A DNA stretch of 64,000 bases, from contig JAHEMJ010000011.1 of NCBI GenBank assembly GCA_024643725.1, positions 69,477-133,476 of the forward strand. The letters are read 5' to 3'. This DNA is from Crocinitomicaceae bacterium (lineage in GTDB: Bacteria > Bacteroidota > Bacteroidia > Flavobacteriales_D > Crocinitomicaceae). The translations under genes and the position numbers were made by a program. Shown here piece by piece: positions 36,203-46,344 of this stretch (positions are counted from its first letter, which is position 1; every line of letters begins with the position of its first letter). The notes beneath the pieces were generated by a model that was not told the origin of the DNA, ran no database searches, and saw only the letters and a program-made list of their open reading frames with translations.

Positions 36203-39200
36203 CTAGCGCAATAAATTAATGTGTCCGGTGATTTCTTTTTTGTTGTTGGCGAAATCAGTGTATTTGAGTTTCCAAACATAGGTTCCGTCCTGACAAGGAA
36301 GCTTATTGTATGTGCCATCCCAATAATCATCAAGGGAAGTCATTTCATAGACAATTTCTCCCCATCGATCGAAGATGAGCATTTCAAATTCTCGAATGTT
36401 TCCAAGAATGGGTCTGAATTCATTGTTGTATTCATCTCCGTCGGGAGTAAAAGTATTAGGAATATAAATAAATGGATCGAAATACACACTGACTTGACTT
36501 TGTGCTTGACAGCCATTTAAATCGGTAAAATAAACATTGTATACCGCATTTTGATTCGGTGAAACTGTTGTGCTAGCACAGGTAGCACAGGTGAATTCGT
36601 CTTGTGGTGTCCAAAGGATATTTCCGGGACCGCTAGTTGTTGCGTTGAATTGAATGGTTTCTCCAACTAAGGCATACACATCTAATCCAGCGTTGATAAA
36701 TGGTGGTGGAAATACGCTTATCATGACATCAGCAGTATCCTGACATCCATTGCTGTCTGTCCCAATCACGGTGTAATTTGTATTGGTTTGATTTTGAACG
36801 ACGGCAAAAGCGCCATTGTTGGAAGTGGAAACGGGGTGAGGTGACCACACGTAGTAGGACGCTCCACTTGCCCAAACGGCAGCGGGTGCACCTGGACAAA
36901 CAATGGTATCATTTCCAGCAAAAATTTGTGGTGTGATAATATGAACCCAGATGGAATCACTTTCCGTACCACAACTATTCGTGACGTCACAATAGTAATA
37001 TTGTTCACTTGTCGGACTCAGTTCAACCGTTTGATTTGTTTGTCCAATTAGGTTGTTGTTTGGGTACCAAAAATAACTTGTCCCACCTGAAATAAAAGCA
37101 CTTCCTGAGCCACCATAACAAATACTTAATGTGTCATCCAAAACAGGGGATGGTGGATTAAAGAACACTTGAATTTGCATGGAATCACTGGCGGTGCATC
37201 CGTTCGCTGACGTGACAGTGGCTGTGTAAGTGGTTGTAGTCGTTGGAGTTGCAGTTGTTGTAAAGGTATTGGTACTGGACAAAAACGTGGTTGGGGTCCA
37301 AGAAATGGATCCCGTTCCTGTAGCGATTAAATCTACTGATCCACCAAGACAAATGGTAGTGTCGTTGTTCAAAGTTACCGTTGGTGCTGAAACATTCAGG
37401 GTGACTTGAACGGTATCCGAACCACATGAGTCAGAAATGATGACACTAAACGCCGTCGTGATGTTCACCGTAGCTATTGGATTCGCAATGTTTGGATTGT
37501 TTAGTACATTCGCTGGACTCCAACTATAAGTTGTTCCACCGTAGGCATCGAGTTGGTAGGAATCACCAGGACAAATACTAGTTGCAGGTTGTGTTGCTCC
37601 GGCTGTAAATGCACCAATGTTGACAGTGACAGTCACCGAATCAGGAGCATAACATCCAGTTGAGTCATATACAATGAGTTGCACATCATAGGATCCTGGA
37701 GTCGTATATTGATGAATGGGCTGCATGACTGTAGATCCCGTTCCATCTCCAAAGTCCCAGATGTAAGCATTTCCATTTACACTATTATTTACAAAATAGA
37801 CGGATTGTGGAATGCAAATCAATGGTGCGGGTTGAGCGGCAATGGCTTGAATGGTACTTAATTCAAACTTAAACGTTGCCATGTTACAATTGCTACTAAG
37901 GTTCTGCGGGGACCAACTTCCGGGCGTGCTGGTAAATCCAAAGTTGTTGCCACCACAGGCACCACAAACGGCGTGATAAATTCTACCAGTGTTGTCGAAG
38001 CGACTCGTTCCACCATCTACGTGATTGTAACTGCTGGCAGATCCCCCCATAAACGTTGCGTATTTCAATAAAGAGGCGTCGTTATCTAAAACGGCAATGT
38101 AGAAATTACTTCCATTTGTTGTTTGTTGGTAACCGTCCAGAGTTGTGTGAAATCCGGTTGTGGTGGAGTATGCGGCCTGTGCATAGGTCTGATTTAGAAT
38201 TCCTCCCCATCCTGCAAGGTAAATGTCATAGCAATCCGAAACCAAAAATGCGGTCGGTGAAAGTTCCACATGACCGGTACCCGCACCAATCATGGTTGTC
38301 CAGGAAATGTTCATTAAGTCACTCGTATATTTACGCACAAATTGTCCAGAATTTGGATTTCCATAACAACTTGGAGTAATTGGCCATGCACTTTCTGATT
38401 GTCCAAATACATAGGCGTTGTTGTCAATGTCTGTTCGCACGAAATAGGTCTGGTCATATTCTGACATACCCATGTAGGATCCAGCTTGAAAAGTACCGGC
38501 ACCAGCATTCATTTTTAAAATGAATCCATCTGCCGCTCCTCCGTTGAACGTTAAATCATTTCCCGTTGAAATGGGAAGCGAAGAAGAGGAAGTTCCCCCA
38601 CCAACGTATACCGATCCGTTCGTAGCTACAGCAATGGAATTACCTGATTCATTTCCAGTTCCGCCGAAATAGGTACTCCATTGAAGGTTGGAAAGTGTGG
38701 AGTTAAATTTAAAAATCACCGCGTCTTGACTGCCATTCAAAAACGCTTGAGAAGCTCCAACGGTCGGAAAGTTTGTCGAAGAGGTCGAACTTGAGATGTA
38801 CACGTTTTGATTGTTGTCCAACACAATTTCACCCCTAAATTGATCTCCATAATTGAAATTCAATGAACTGGTGTTTAAACCATCTGTCCCTGATCCACCA
38901 ATGAAAGTGGAGGACAGTAATGCTGTTCCTTGTGGATTTAATCGAGCAACGTATATATCGGACCCATTAAATTCCAGTTCATTTTGCAATTGATAAGGAC
39001 CACCGTTGAAGGAATTATCGAATGCACCTGATGTAATTGGGAAATTACTGGATGAGGTAACACCATAAATGTATAGTTCTCCATTTGGAGCCGAAACCAA
39101 AGAATGGGGAGTTTCATTTCCTGATCCTCCTAGAAAAGTGGAGTAGATTAATGCTGATCCGGTGGCATTGAACTTTGTAATCGAGGCATCCATTGGAAAC

Positions 39201-40069
39201 ATTCCTGTCCCACTTCCAAAACTTGAATCGAACGCTCCTGTTGTAATTGGATATCCTGACCCAAATACGATTCCTCCTCCAAATAAATTTCCATTTGGAT
39301 CTGGTGTTGCAGTGAATCCCCAATTATCGGCAGTTGAACCTGAAAACGTTGAAAAGGTTAAGCTTGGATCGATGAATAATTCCTCCGACGCGTCGTAACC
39401 TTCTGGTAAAATAAAGGAGACATGTTGTTGATGGACTTGAAAATAAATGGCAACTTCTGTCTTTTTGCCACTTTCGGAAATGTTCCAAGCCTTAGGGGCA
39501 GAATAGGTGATGGTACCAAGAGAATGCGTTAATACAAGGTTTCCTGATTTGTCTACTTCCACTTGATCGGCGCCTTCTAAAACGAATGATAATTGACTGA
39601 GGTCAGCATGCGGTTTTGCTAAGAATTGAAAACTCAATTGTTCGCCTTTCCCGTTGTAGATCAAATCTACCCCATCAAAGTAAGAAAGGTAGGTAAGCTG
39701 AGAAACTCCGTGAATATTGGACTTCCATGCAGATTTATCCGAACCTAACATGTAGTTAAAGTAATGTGAGCTCGAGTCAGATTCCACGATTTCTGCATCA
39801 CTGTTAGCATGAGGAAAAACGTGCTTGACGGCATGGTATTTCGTTTTCTCATGCGTCGTTTCTTGTCCATCGTGGTGATTATGACTCATCGCATCCGTCA
39901 TGAAAAAAGTCATCCCTTGAGGTTCAAGGTACATTTTTCCGGCGTTTAAGTCAATGTTGTATTGAATGCGATTATTCCATTGTCCTTCGTTCGGAATCAT
40001 CCACACCTTCTGAGCGAATAGCCCGCTAGCGCAAGAGATAACAGTAAGAATTGAAAGTAGGAATTTCAT
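36203..40069 (-). CDS. Large secreted adhesin-like protein: beta-propeller (SBBP-like) repeats, PKD and Ig-like modules, T9SS type B C-terminal sorting domain
   Basis: Signal peptide MKFLLSILTVISCASGLFAQ. Repeated YSTFLGGSG.E / STYFGGTGNE units. PKD block YIWDFGDGTGS...YTTPGSYDVQLIV. Repeated IC.G.S..L.A.G...YSW.P modules. C-terminal IPNTFTPDGDEYNNEFRPI...FDRWGEIVYE...DGTYVWKLKY...GHINLLR (gliding-associated/type B CTD). ATG 40069 preferred over TTG 40075. Confidence 0.85.
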   Translation of the reverse strand: MKFLLSILTVISCASGLFAQKVWMIPNEGQWNNRIQYNIDLNAGKMYLEPQGMTFFMTDAMSHNHHDGQETTHEKTKYHAVKHVFPHANSDAEIVESDSSSHYFNYMLGSDKSAWKSNIHGVSQLTYLSYFDGVDLIYNGKGEQLSFQFLAKPHADLSQLSFVLEGADQVEVDKSGNLVLTHSLGTITYSAPKAWNISESGKKTEVAIYFQVHQQHVSFILPEGYDASEELFIDPSLTFSTFSGSTADNWGFTATPDPNGNLFGGGIVFGSGYPITTGAFDSSFGSGTGMFPMDASITKFNATGSALIYSTFLGGSGNETPHSLVSAPNGELYIYGVTSSSNFPITSGAFDNSFNGGPYQLQNELEFNGSDIYVARLNPQGTALLSSTFIGGSGTDGLNTSSLNFNYGDQFRGEIVLDNNQNVYISSSTSSTNFPTVGASQAFLNGSQDAVIFKFNSTLSNLQWSTYFGGTGNESGNSIAVATNGSVYVGGGTSSSSLPISTGNDLTFNGGAADGFILKMNAGAGTFQAGSYMGMSEYDQTYFVRTDIDNNAYVFGQSESAWPITPSCYGNPNSGQFVRKYTSDLMNISWTTMIGAGTGHVELSPTAFLVSDCYDIYLAGWGGILNQTYAQAAYSTTTGFHTTLDGYQQTTNGSNFYIAVLDNDASLLKYATFMGGSASSYNHVDGGTSRFDNTGRIYHAVCGACGGNNFGFTSTPGSWSPQNLSSNCNMATFKFELSTIQAIAAQPAPLICIPQSVYFVNNSVNGNAYIWDFGDGTGSTVMQPIHQYTTPGSYDVQLIVYDSTGCYAPDSVTVTVNIGAFTAGATQPATSICPGDSYQLDAYGGTTYSWSPANVLNNPNIANPIATVNITTAFSVIISDSCGSDTVQVTLNVSAPTVTLNNDTTICLGGSVDLIATGTGSISWTPTTFLSSTNTFTTTATPTTTTTYTATVTSANGCTASDSMQIQVFFNPPSPVLDDTLSICYGGSGSAFISGGTSYFWYPNNNLIGQTNQTVELSPTSEQYYYCDVTNSCGTESDSIWVHIITPQIFAGNDTIVCPGAPAAVWASGASYYVWSPHPVSTSNNGAFAVVQNQTNTNYTVIGTDSNGCQDTADVMISVFPPPFINAGLDVYALVGETIQFNATTSGPGNILWTPQDEFTCATCASTTVSPNQNAVYNVYFTDLNGCQAQSQVSVYFDPFIYIPNTFTPDGDEYNNEFRPILGNIREFEMLIFDRWGEIVYEMTSLDDYWDGTYNKLPCQDGTYVWKLKYTDFANNKKEITGHINLLR

Positions 40070-40089
40070 GGTCAAAAGCTAAGTTACAA

Positions 40090-40097
40090 CAAATGTA
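40090..40097 (-). promoter_or_regulatory. Sigma-A -7 box (TAnnTTTG)
   Basis: Minus strand TACATTTG, 20 nt upstream of ATG 40069. Confidence 0.45.
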
Positions 40098-40206
40098 AAT
40101 GACTTCAAAGCAAAGACAAGTTTCTCATAAAAAGGTTGCCTCTTTTTACGTAAAATATTGTGTTTCAACTTGAATTTTTGTTTATTTGTGGTGCTAAATT
40201 CAAACT

Positions 40207-43047
40207 ATGAAATCAATTTTACTCTCCGTTATCTTTTTTGCTTGTTCTTGGACACTCAACGCGCAAGATTATTCGCGTTTGAAAGTCTTTGTGGACGATG
40301 CGCAATTGAATAAATTAGGAAACCTTGGTGTAGCCGTTGATCATGGCATCCGCAAAGAAGGAACTTTTTTCATTTCTGATTTTTCCCGTGCGGAAAGAAA
40401 CATTATGGATCAATACGAATTTAATTATGAAGTATTGATTGAGGATGTCGAGCAGTATTACATTGATCTTTTAAACAACCCTGAAAAGCAAACACCTTCC
40501 TTGAAAAACGCCACGTGTTCGAATACATCCGGAGGCGGCTCAGGTTACGCTAGTCCCGTTACACCAACTAATTTCAATTTGGGAACCATGGGTGGGTACT
40601 TGAAATACAATGAGATGTTGGCTGAATTGGATGCGATGGTTCAACAATACCCAAATCTGATTACGGCCAAAGCACCTATTTCCACGTTTGTATCACACGA
40701 GAACCGACCAATTTATCATGTGAAAATATCTGATAATCCAAATGTAGATGAAAATGAGCCGAAAGTTCTATACACGGCAATACATCATGCGCGCGAACCA
40801 ATGAGTTTGATGGAAACCATCTTTTTTATGTGGTATGTTTTGGAAAATTATGGAACGAATGAAGAAATTACTTATTTGGTAAACGAAACGCAATTGTTCT
40901 TTGTTCCGTGTATTAATCCAGATGGATATGTGTATAATGAAACAACGAATCCAACTGGTGGTGGAATGTGGCGTAAAAACCGCAGAAACAATGGTGGTGG
41001 CGTATATGGAGTGGACCTAAACCGAAATTATGGTTACGGTTGGGGAACAACAGGTACGAGTACGGTAACAAGCAATGATACCTATTGTGGACCGTCTGTT
41101 TATTCAGAACCTGAAGTCCAGGCGATGCGATGGTTGGTTCAAAATCACAAATTTGTGACGGCATTTAATGCGCATACTTATGCGAAGGATATTCTATTTC
41201 CAATTGGTACTACGGTAGCGGAATACGCTGATCACCATGCGTATTTTCAAGCCCATACGGATCATATGGTAGAGCATAATGGTTATGTCTCCATGAAAAG
41301 CTCCGCATTGTATCCAGCTTCCGGAGATTCAGATGATTACATGTACAAATTGGACATTGGAGTTGGTGTAAAAGACACGATGTTCGTGCATACACCTGAG
41401 GTAGGGACAGCATTTTGGCAACCATCATCAGAGATTATTGCTACGTGTGGTGACATGGTTTTTCCAAACTTAATATTGGCACACATTACAAGAAATTATG
41501 TCGTTGTGAAGGATACGGATCCAAACAACATTTCAACCTTGAGTGGAAACTTTAATCATTCTGCTTATCGATTGGGTCGCATGTCCGGACCAGTAACTGT
41601 TTCCATTCAACCCCTTTTGAATGTGACTTCCGTTGGAACGCCGGTAGTATACAATTTAAACTTAATGCAAACATTAACGGGTGCGATATCCTACACCTTA
41701 AATCCAAACATTCAATTTGGTGATGTGATCAAGTACATCATTAAAACGGACAATGGTTTGTGGGTAAAACGCGATACGATTGTGAAAACATTTGGTGCGT
41801 ATAACTTACAGGTTACGGAAAATGCGTCAACGGTTACTAACTGGACAGGGAATTGGAGTACAACGACAAGCACTTTCGTTTCTGCTCCAAAGTGTTTCAC
41901 AGATACGCCGACAGGAAATTATGTGAATAATGCAAATACAACGTACACTTACGTTCCAACGATTGATCTGAGTAATGCTTATGCAGCGAAAGTTTCATTT
42001 TATGCAAAATGGGACATTGAAGCTGATTTTGATTTTGCTCAATTCCAAGTGTCAACCGATGGGGGAGCAACTTGGGTTGGTCAATGTGGAAATTATACGA
42101 ACACCGGAACAAGTGCAAATGGAAGTGTTCAACCGAATAATCAGCCAATTTATGATGGAACAATGTCCTCTTGGGTACTTGAGGAAATTAATTTAAGTGA
42201 CTATTTAGGTCAAGTTATTAAAGTTCGATTTCAATTAAAATCCGACGGAGGAACAAGAAAAGATGGATTCTATTTTGATGATTTTAAAATCTATTACAAC
42301 AACCAAGCGCCAGCGGTTACACCAACAGCTCAATTTGGCATCAATAATACGGTTGTTTGTTCCGGTTCTACTGCATCTTTCACTGATTCTTCATTAGATA
42401 ATCCAACTGCTTGGGCATGGGATTTTGGAGATGGAAGTACGGCAAGCACTCAAAATCCAAGTCACGTCTTTGCCACTGCTGGAACTTTCACAGTAACATT
42501 GACCGTTTCGAATGCTGCAGGAAGTAACTCAACAACACAAACAATTGTTGTGAATGCGAGTCCTACCTTAACAATGACCATTTCGGATTCAGATGGAGTC
42601 ATTTGTTTAGATGGTGGACTAATCACCTTATCAGCTGATCAAAGCACAGCGGTATTTTCAGGAAATGGTGTCACAGGAAACTCTTTTGATCCTCAGGCAG
42701 CTGGGGTAGGACCACAAACAGTGACAGCTTCATTCACAGATGGAATTGGATGTACAGGAACAACGAGTACAACCATTATCGTAGAGGATTGTGCTTCGCT
42801 AACAGAACTTTCTGCGTATGGGGTGCAAGTATTCCCAAATCCAAATCAAGGTTCATTTACAGTGAAAGGATTGGAATTAGCAACAGCGTTCAAGGTTTAT
42901 GATTTGAATGGAAAAGTCATCTTCGAAGGAACGGCATCCGCGACAACTGAACAAATTCAGCTTCCGAAAATCACTTCCGGAATTTACTACCTGCAAACAA
43001 CGAAAAATGGTTTGGTAGGACAATTGAAATTTGCTGTTCTGAATTAG
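40207..43047 (+). CDS. M14-family zinc carboxypeptidase with jelly-roll (MAM-like), PKD and T9SS type A C-terminal domains
   Basis: Signal peptide; HHAREPMS (HxxE), MWRKNRRNN, FNAHTYAKD. PKD block AWAWDFGDGSTASTQNPSHVFATAGTFTVTLTVSN. CTD VQVFPNPNQGSFTVKG...GIYYLQTTKNGLVGQLKFAVLN. Confidence 0.85.
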   Translation: MKSILLSVIFFACSWTLNAQDYSRLKVFVDDAQLNKLGNLGVAVDHGIRKEGTFFISDFSRAERNIMDQYEFNYEVLIEDVEQYYIDLLNNPEKQTPSLKNATCSNTSGGGSGYASPVTPTNFNLGTMGGYLKYNEMLAELDAMVQQYPNLITAKAPISTFVSHENRPIYHVKISDNPNVDENEPKVLYTAIHHAREPMSLMETIFFMWYVLENYGTNEEITYLVNETQLFFVPCINPDGYVYNETTNPTGGGMWRKNRRNNGGGVYGVDLNRNYGYGWGTTGTSTVTSNDTYCGPSVYSEPEVQAMRWLVQNHKFVTAFNAHTYAKDILFPIGTTVAEYADHHAYFQAHTDHMVEHNGYVSMKSSALYPASGDSDDYMYKLDIGVGVKDTMFVHTPEVGTAFWQPSSEIIATCGDMVFPNLILAHITRNYVVVKDTDPNNISTLSGNFNHSAYRLGRMSGPVTVSIQPLLNVTSVGTPVVYNLNLMQTLTGAISYTLNPNIQFGDVIKYIIKTDNGLWVKRDTIVKTFGAYNLQVTENASTVTNWTGNWSTTTSTFVSAPKCFTDTPTGNYVNNANTTYTYVPTIDLSNAYAAKVSFYAKWDIEADFDFAQFQVSTDGGATWVGQCGNYTNTGTSANGSVQPNNQPIYDGTMSSWVLEEINLSDYLGQVIKVRFQLKSDGGTRKDGFYFDDFKIYYNNQAPAVTPTAQFGINNTVVCSGSTASFTDSSLDNPTAWAWDFGDGSTASTQNPSHVFATAGTFTVTLTVSNAAGSNSTTQTIVVNASPTLTMTISDSDGVICLDGGLITLSADQSTAVFSGNGVTGNSFDPQAAGVGPQTVTASFTDGIGCTGTTSTTIIVEDCASLTELSAYGVQVFPNPNQGSFTVKGLELATAFKVYDLNGKVIFEGTASATTEQIQLPKITSGIYYLQTTKNGLVGQLKFAVLN

Positions 43048-43931
43048 GATTGAATAAAAGCCGCAAGGCGATCAATATACGCTTGATACCCCATGACAAA
43101 TGGGGTTGTCTCGTGTTCACCTCCTGGCACCAATACACATTCTTTTTGTCCTGGTTTATGATCGTAGACTAGTTGTCCGTGACTTTTCATAGACAGAAAA
43201 GAATCAGCCATTCCATGAATCCAAAGCAAAGGAACATTCACTTTTTTGATTTCCGTTGCATTATCTATCTTCAAGTCCACAAGAAAAGATCCAGGCATAG
43301 ATAAAAGCGCTGCGTCTTGAATCATGATTTCAGCGGAGGCAAAAGGCGCCTCTAATATGATTTTACTTGGTTGAAGTGGATAATCTGTTGCATGGCCAGC
43401 TACTTCACATACGGGAGCAGAGCCTAAGGAAAATCCAAACATGACAAAGCGGTCATTCGTTAATCCACGGTCTTTTAGCCAAGAAATGGCTGATGAGGTG
43501 GAAGCATACATGTTACTTTCCGTGGCTGTCCCTTCACTTAAACCAAATCCAGGGTAATCAAACATGAGTACGCCATATCTACCAAGTCCACCAATGTTGG
43601 CATACAATTTCTCACGACACCAATAAAAATCCATGTGATCTTTGTTTCCATGGCAGTATAAAATGACGGTATCTTGATTGATGTGATTTGTATCTCCCAC
43701 ATAGACTCCTTGCACCTGTACAGTTTCTCCATCAATTGTTACCGGAAAATGAACGCGATGAATCAGACTATCTGGAACGGAAAATTGTCCGTTCAATTCA
43801 AGTGACACTTCACCTGTGTAATTGTCCAATTGGTAACTTTCTAATGGATGCCCATTAAACAAAAATGAATCCAAACGCTTGCGGCAAGAAAGCAAACTAA
43901 GTGAGATGAAAAGAAGTGCGAAGTATTTCAT
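43044..43931 (-). CDS. Alpha/beta hydrolase
   Basis: Signal/lipobox-like MKYFALLFISLSLLSC; HGN oxyanion region ILYCHGNKD; nucleophile elbow FGFSLGSA; late HGMADS and GGEH. Confidence 0.75.
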   Translation of the reverse strand: MKYFALLFISLSLLSCRKRLDSFLFNGHPLESYQLDNYTGEVSLELNGQFSVPDSLIHRVHFPVTIDGETVQVQGVYVGDTNHINQDTVILYCHGNKDHMDFYWCREKLYANIGGLGRYGVLMFDYPGFGLSEGTATESNMYASTSSAISWLKDRGLTNDRFVMFGFSLGSAPVCEVAGHATDYPLQPSKIILEAPFASAEIMIQDAALLSMPGSFLVDLKIDNATEIKKVNVPLLWIHGMADSFLSMKSHGQLVYDHKPGQKECVLVPGGEHETTPFVMGYQAYIDRLAAFIQS

Positions 43932-44647
43932 TATTTCAAGTGATAAGTGATGCCAAAATATAGTCCCACTGCGCCATGGTCATTTAAGAGACTTGGATAA
44001 TTGACTACGATGTTTTGGTTTGATTGATTCGGTGCGAGCAATTTTAATTCTGCTTGATAACTCCAATTTGGACGAATCCATTGGTGTCCGAGTTGAACAC
44101 TTGGAATCCAGAATTGAGCATTTGGACGTCCCTGTGATTCCGTTTTGTACGGATCAAACCAATTGCTTATTCCAGCATAGAAAAAATTATAATGTTTACT
44201 TTCCACTTTGCAGAGTGCATCTAATTGAACCGGTTTTGCATTCTTACCATATTTGAAATAGTAATTGGCATCTAACTGAGGCCAAAAACGATTGGTACCT
44301 GTGTAGAAATCAACTAAAATGTTCATGGTTCCTTGCGCACTGACACCCATTCGGTCATTTTTCCAAATTCCTTGCGAAACCCCAAGGTCTGTTTGTCCAA
44401 CGCCAAAGGCCAAGGAAGTGGTATGTAAATTTCCATAAACCGTTGTTTTGTCCGTTAGCCCTCGTCCATAACCAATGGCTGTGAATGGAATTGGAATGGC
44501 TCCAATTCCAGGGATTTTAGCAACAGGTCCGCCGAAATTTCCGGTGATCACTTGCTGTCCTCTTTTCAACGGTTCAACAAAGCGTGCAGGTGCACAACTT
44601 GCTAATCCGATCAGGACCAATAAAAAAAGTAGATGAATTCGATACAT
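43931..44647 (-). CDS. Hypothetical outer-membrane lipoprotein / small beta-barrel
   Basis: Lipobox LIGLASCA, alternating beta-strand pattern, C-terminal ...GLYFGITYHLK. The stop overlaps the start of the downstream hydrolase gene. Confidence 0.45.
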   Translation of the reverse strand: MYRIHLLFLLVLIGLASCAPARFVEPLKRGQQVITGNFGGPVAKIPGIGAIPIPFTAIGYGRGLTDKTTVYGNLHTTSLAFGVGQTDLGVSQGIWKNDRMGVSAQGTMNILVDFYTGTNRFWPQLDANYYFKYGKNAKPVQLDALCKVESKHYNFFYAGISNWFDPYKTESQGRPNAQFWIPSVQLGHQWIRPNWSYQAELKLLAPNQSNQNIVVNYPSLLNDHGAVGLYFGITYHLK

Positions 44648-44651
44648 GCAC

Positions 44652-44659
44652 CAAAGATA
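44652..44659 (-). promoter_or_regulatory. Sigma-A -7 box (TAnnTTTG), 4 nt before the start codon
   Basis: Minus strand TATCTTTG; the ATG at 44647 begins 4 nt after the box. Confidence 0.4.
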
Positions 44660-44684
44660 GAAACTTTGTACAAATCAAATTCAC

Positions 44685-44692
44685 TACCTTTG
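44685..44692 (+). promoter_or_regulatory. Sigma-A -7 box (TAnnTTTG), 4 nt before the aroC start codon
   Basis: TACCTTTG; the ATG at 44697 begins 4 nt after the box. Confidence 0.4.
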
Positions 44693-44696
44693 TATC

Positions 44697-45764
44697 ATGG
44701 CAGGATCAAGTTACGGTACGCTTTTCAAACTCACCACTTTTGGCGAATCTCATGGGACGGCCATCGGTGGTATTGTGGAAGGATTACCTGCGAATGTGTC
44801 GATTGATTTGAATTTGGTTCAAAAAGAACTGGAACGAAGAAAACCGGGACAATCCGCTTTGACGACCCCACGGAAAGAAGCGGACGAACTTCAAATTTTA
44901 TCCGGAATTTTCGAGGGTAAAACGACAGGTTCTCCCATTGGATTTATGATTGCTAATTCGAATGCAAAAAGTGAGGACTATTTGCACATGAAAGAAGCTT
45001 ATCGTCCTTCCCACGCCGATTTCACCTATCAGCAAAAATACGGGCACCGCGATTACAGAGGAGGTGGAAGAAGCAGCGCCCGTGAGACAGCATGTCGCGT
45101 GGTAGCTGGCGCGATGGCTAAACAGGTATTATCCTCTATTGGAATTGAGTTTAGCACCTATGTATCCCAAATTGGCCATGTTATCTTTTCAAGTAAGGAA
45201 TTCTTCAACTTAGCGGAAATTGAAGCAAATAACGTGAGGTGTCCGAATGTAGAATTAGCCGCGCAAATGACTGCCCGCATTCAAGAAATTCAAGCAGCAG
45301 GGGATTCCATTGGTGGTTGTATTCAATGCGTGATTCAAGGAGTTCCTGTTGGACTCGGAGAACCGGTATTTGACAAATTACATGCGGAATTAGGAAAAGC
45401 CATGCTTTCCATCAATGCTGTGAAGGGATTTGAAATTGGATCTGGATTTTCTTCATTGGGAATGACGGGTAGTGAGCATAACGATGTTTTTCTATCCAAT
45501 GGTCAAACCAAAACCAATCACTCCGGTGGTATACAAGGTGGTATTTCGAATGGTATGCCAATCGATTTTCGAGTGGCATTTAAACCAGTAGCCACCATCA
45601 TGCAGGACCAACATTCAATTGATCGAGATGGAAACGAGATCACCATTGAGGGTAAAGGTCGTCACGATGCCTGTGTTTTGCCAAGGGCAGTTCCAATTGT
45701 CGAAGCGATGGCAGCCATTGTTCTCCTAGATTTTTACTTGCGAAATAAAGCGATTCACCTTTAA
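44697..45764 (+). CDS. aroC: Chorismate synthase
   Basis: [66 protein letters not shown]. Confidence 0.95.
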   Translation: MAGSSYGTLFKLTTFGESHGTAIGGIVEGLPANVSIDLNLVQKELERRKPGQSALTTPRKEADELQILSGIFEGKTTGSPIGFMIANSNAKSEDYLHMKEAYRPSHADFTYQQKYGHRDYRGGGRSSARETACRVVAGAMAKQVLSSIGIEFSTYVSQIGHVIFSSKEFFNLAEIEANNVRCPNVELAAQMTARIQEIQAAGDSIGGCIQCVIQGVPVGLGEPVFDKLHAELGKAMLSINAVKGFEIGSGFSSLGMTGSEHNDVFLSNGQTKTNHSGGIQGGISNGMPIDFRVAFKPVATIMQDQHSIDRDGNEITIEGKGRHDACVLPRAVPIVEAMAAIVLLDFYLRNKAIHL

Positions 45765-45776
45765 AAAATAGATAAT

Positions 45777-46259
45777 ATGTTACAACGCATTCAAACCATT
45801 TATTTTATCATTGTCATGGCCATTTTGTCCAGCTTACTCTTTGGAATGGAGCTTTTTACCATGTCAGATGGAAAACTAAATTATACGCAAACTGTTTTTG
45901 GAGTAGAGCGTCAAAACGTCAAGGGTGGGTATATCGAATGGCTAAACAATTTTCAGTTTACCTATATTTTCGTCATTCTTTTTGTCCTGTTCACATTCGT
46001 TTCCATGATGTCGTATAAAAACTTGAAGCGTCAATATTCCTTGGCAAAAATGACTCTTTTCATCTACTTACTTTTTGTTCTTGCTGTCATTTTAGTGACA
46101 ACTTTCGGGATGAACGGTTATTCCACAAAAGAGATTACTGGTGTTCATGTCGGAGTTGGTTTTTATGTCCTCGTTTGTGGATTGCCATTTACATACTTCG
46201 CGATGAAAGGCGTACAAAAAGACAAAGTGCTATTGGATTCGTTGAATCGATTGAGGTAA
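45777..46259 (+). CDS. DUF4293-like small integral membrane protein
   Basis: MLQRIQTIYFIIVMAILSSLLF N-terminus and four TM helices, as in the Bacteroidota DUF4293 family. Confidence 0.55.
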   Translation: MLQRIQTIYFIIVMAILSSLLFGMELFTMSDGKLNYTQTVFGVERQNVKGGYIEWLNNFQFTYIFVILFVLFTFVSMMSYKNLKRQYSLAKMTLFIYLLFVLAVILVTTFGMNGYSTKEITGVHVGVGFYVLVCGLPFTYFAMKGVQKDKVLLDSLNRLR

Positions 46260-46310
46260 AACAAGCTTTCAGTACATTTCTTAAGCACAATCAAACTCTT
46301 ATATTATCCG

Positions 46311-46318
46311 TATCTTTG
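46311..46318 (+). promoter_or_regulatory. Sigma-A -7 box (TAnnTTTG)
   Basis: TATCTTTG, 26 nt upstream of ATG 46345. Confidence 0.4.
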
Positions 46319-46344
46319 CCCGCCCATCTTACGGGAATTAGACT

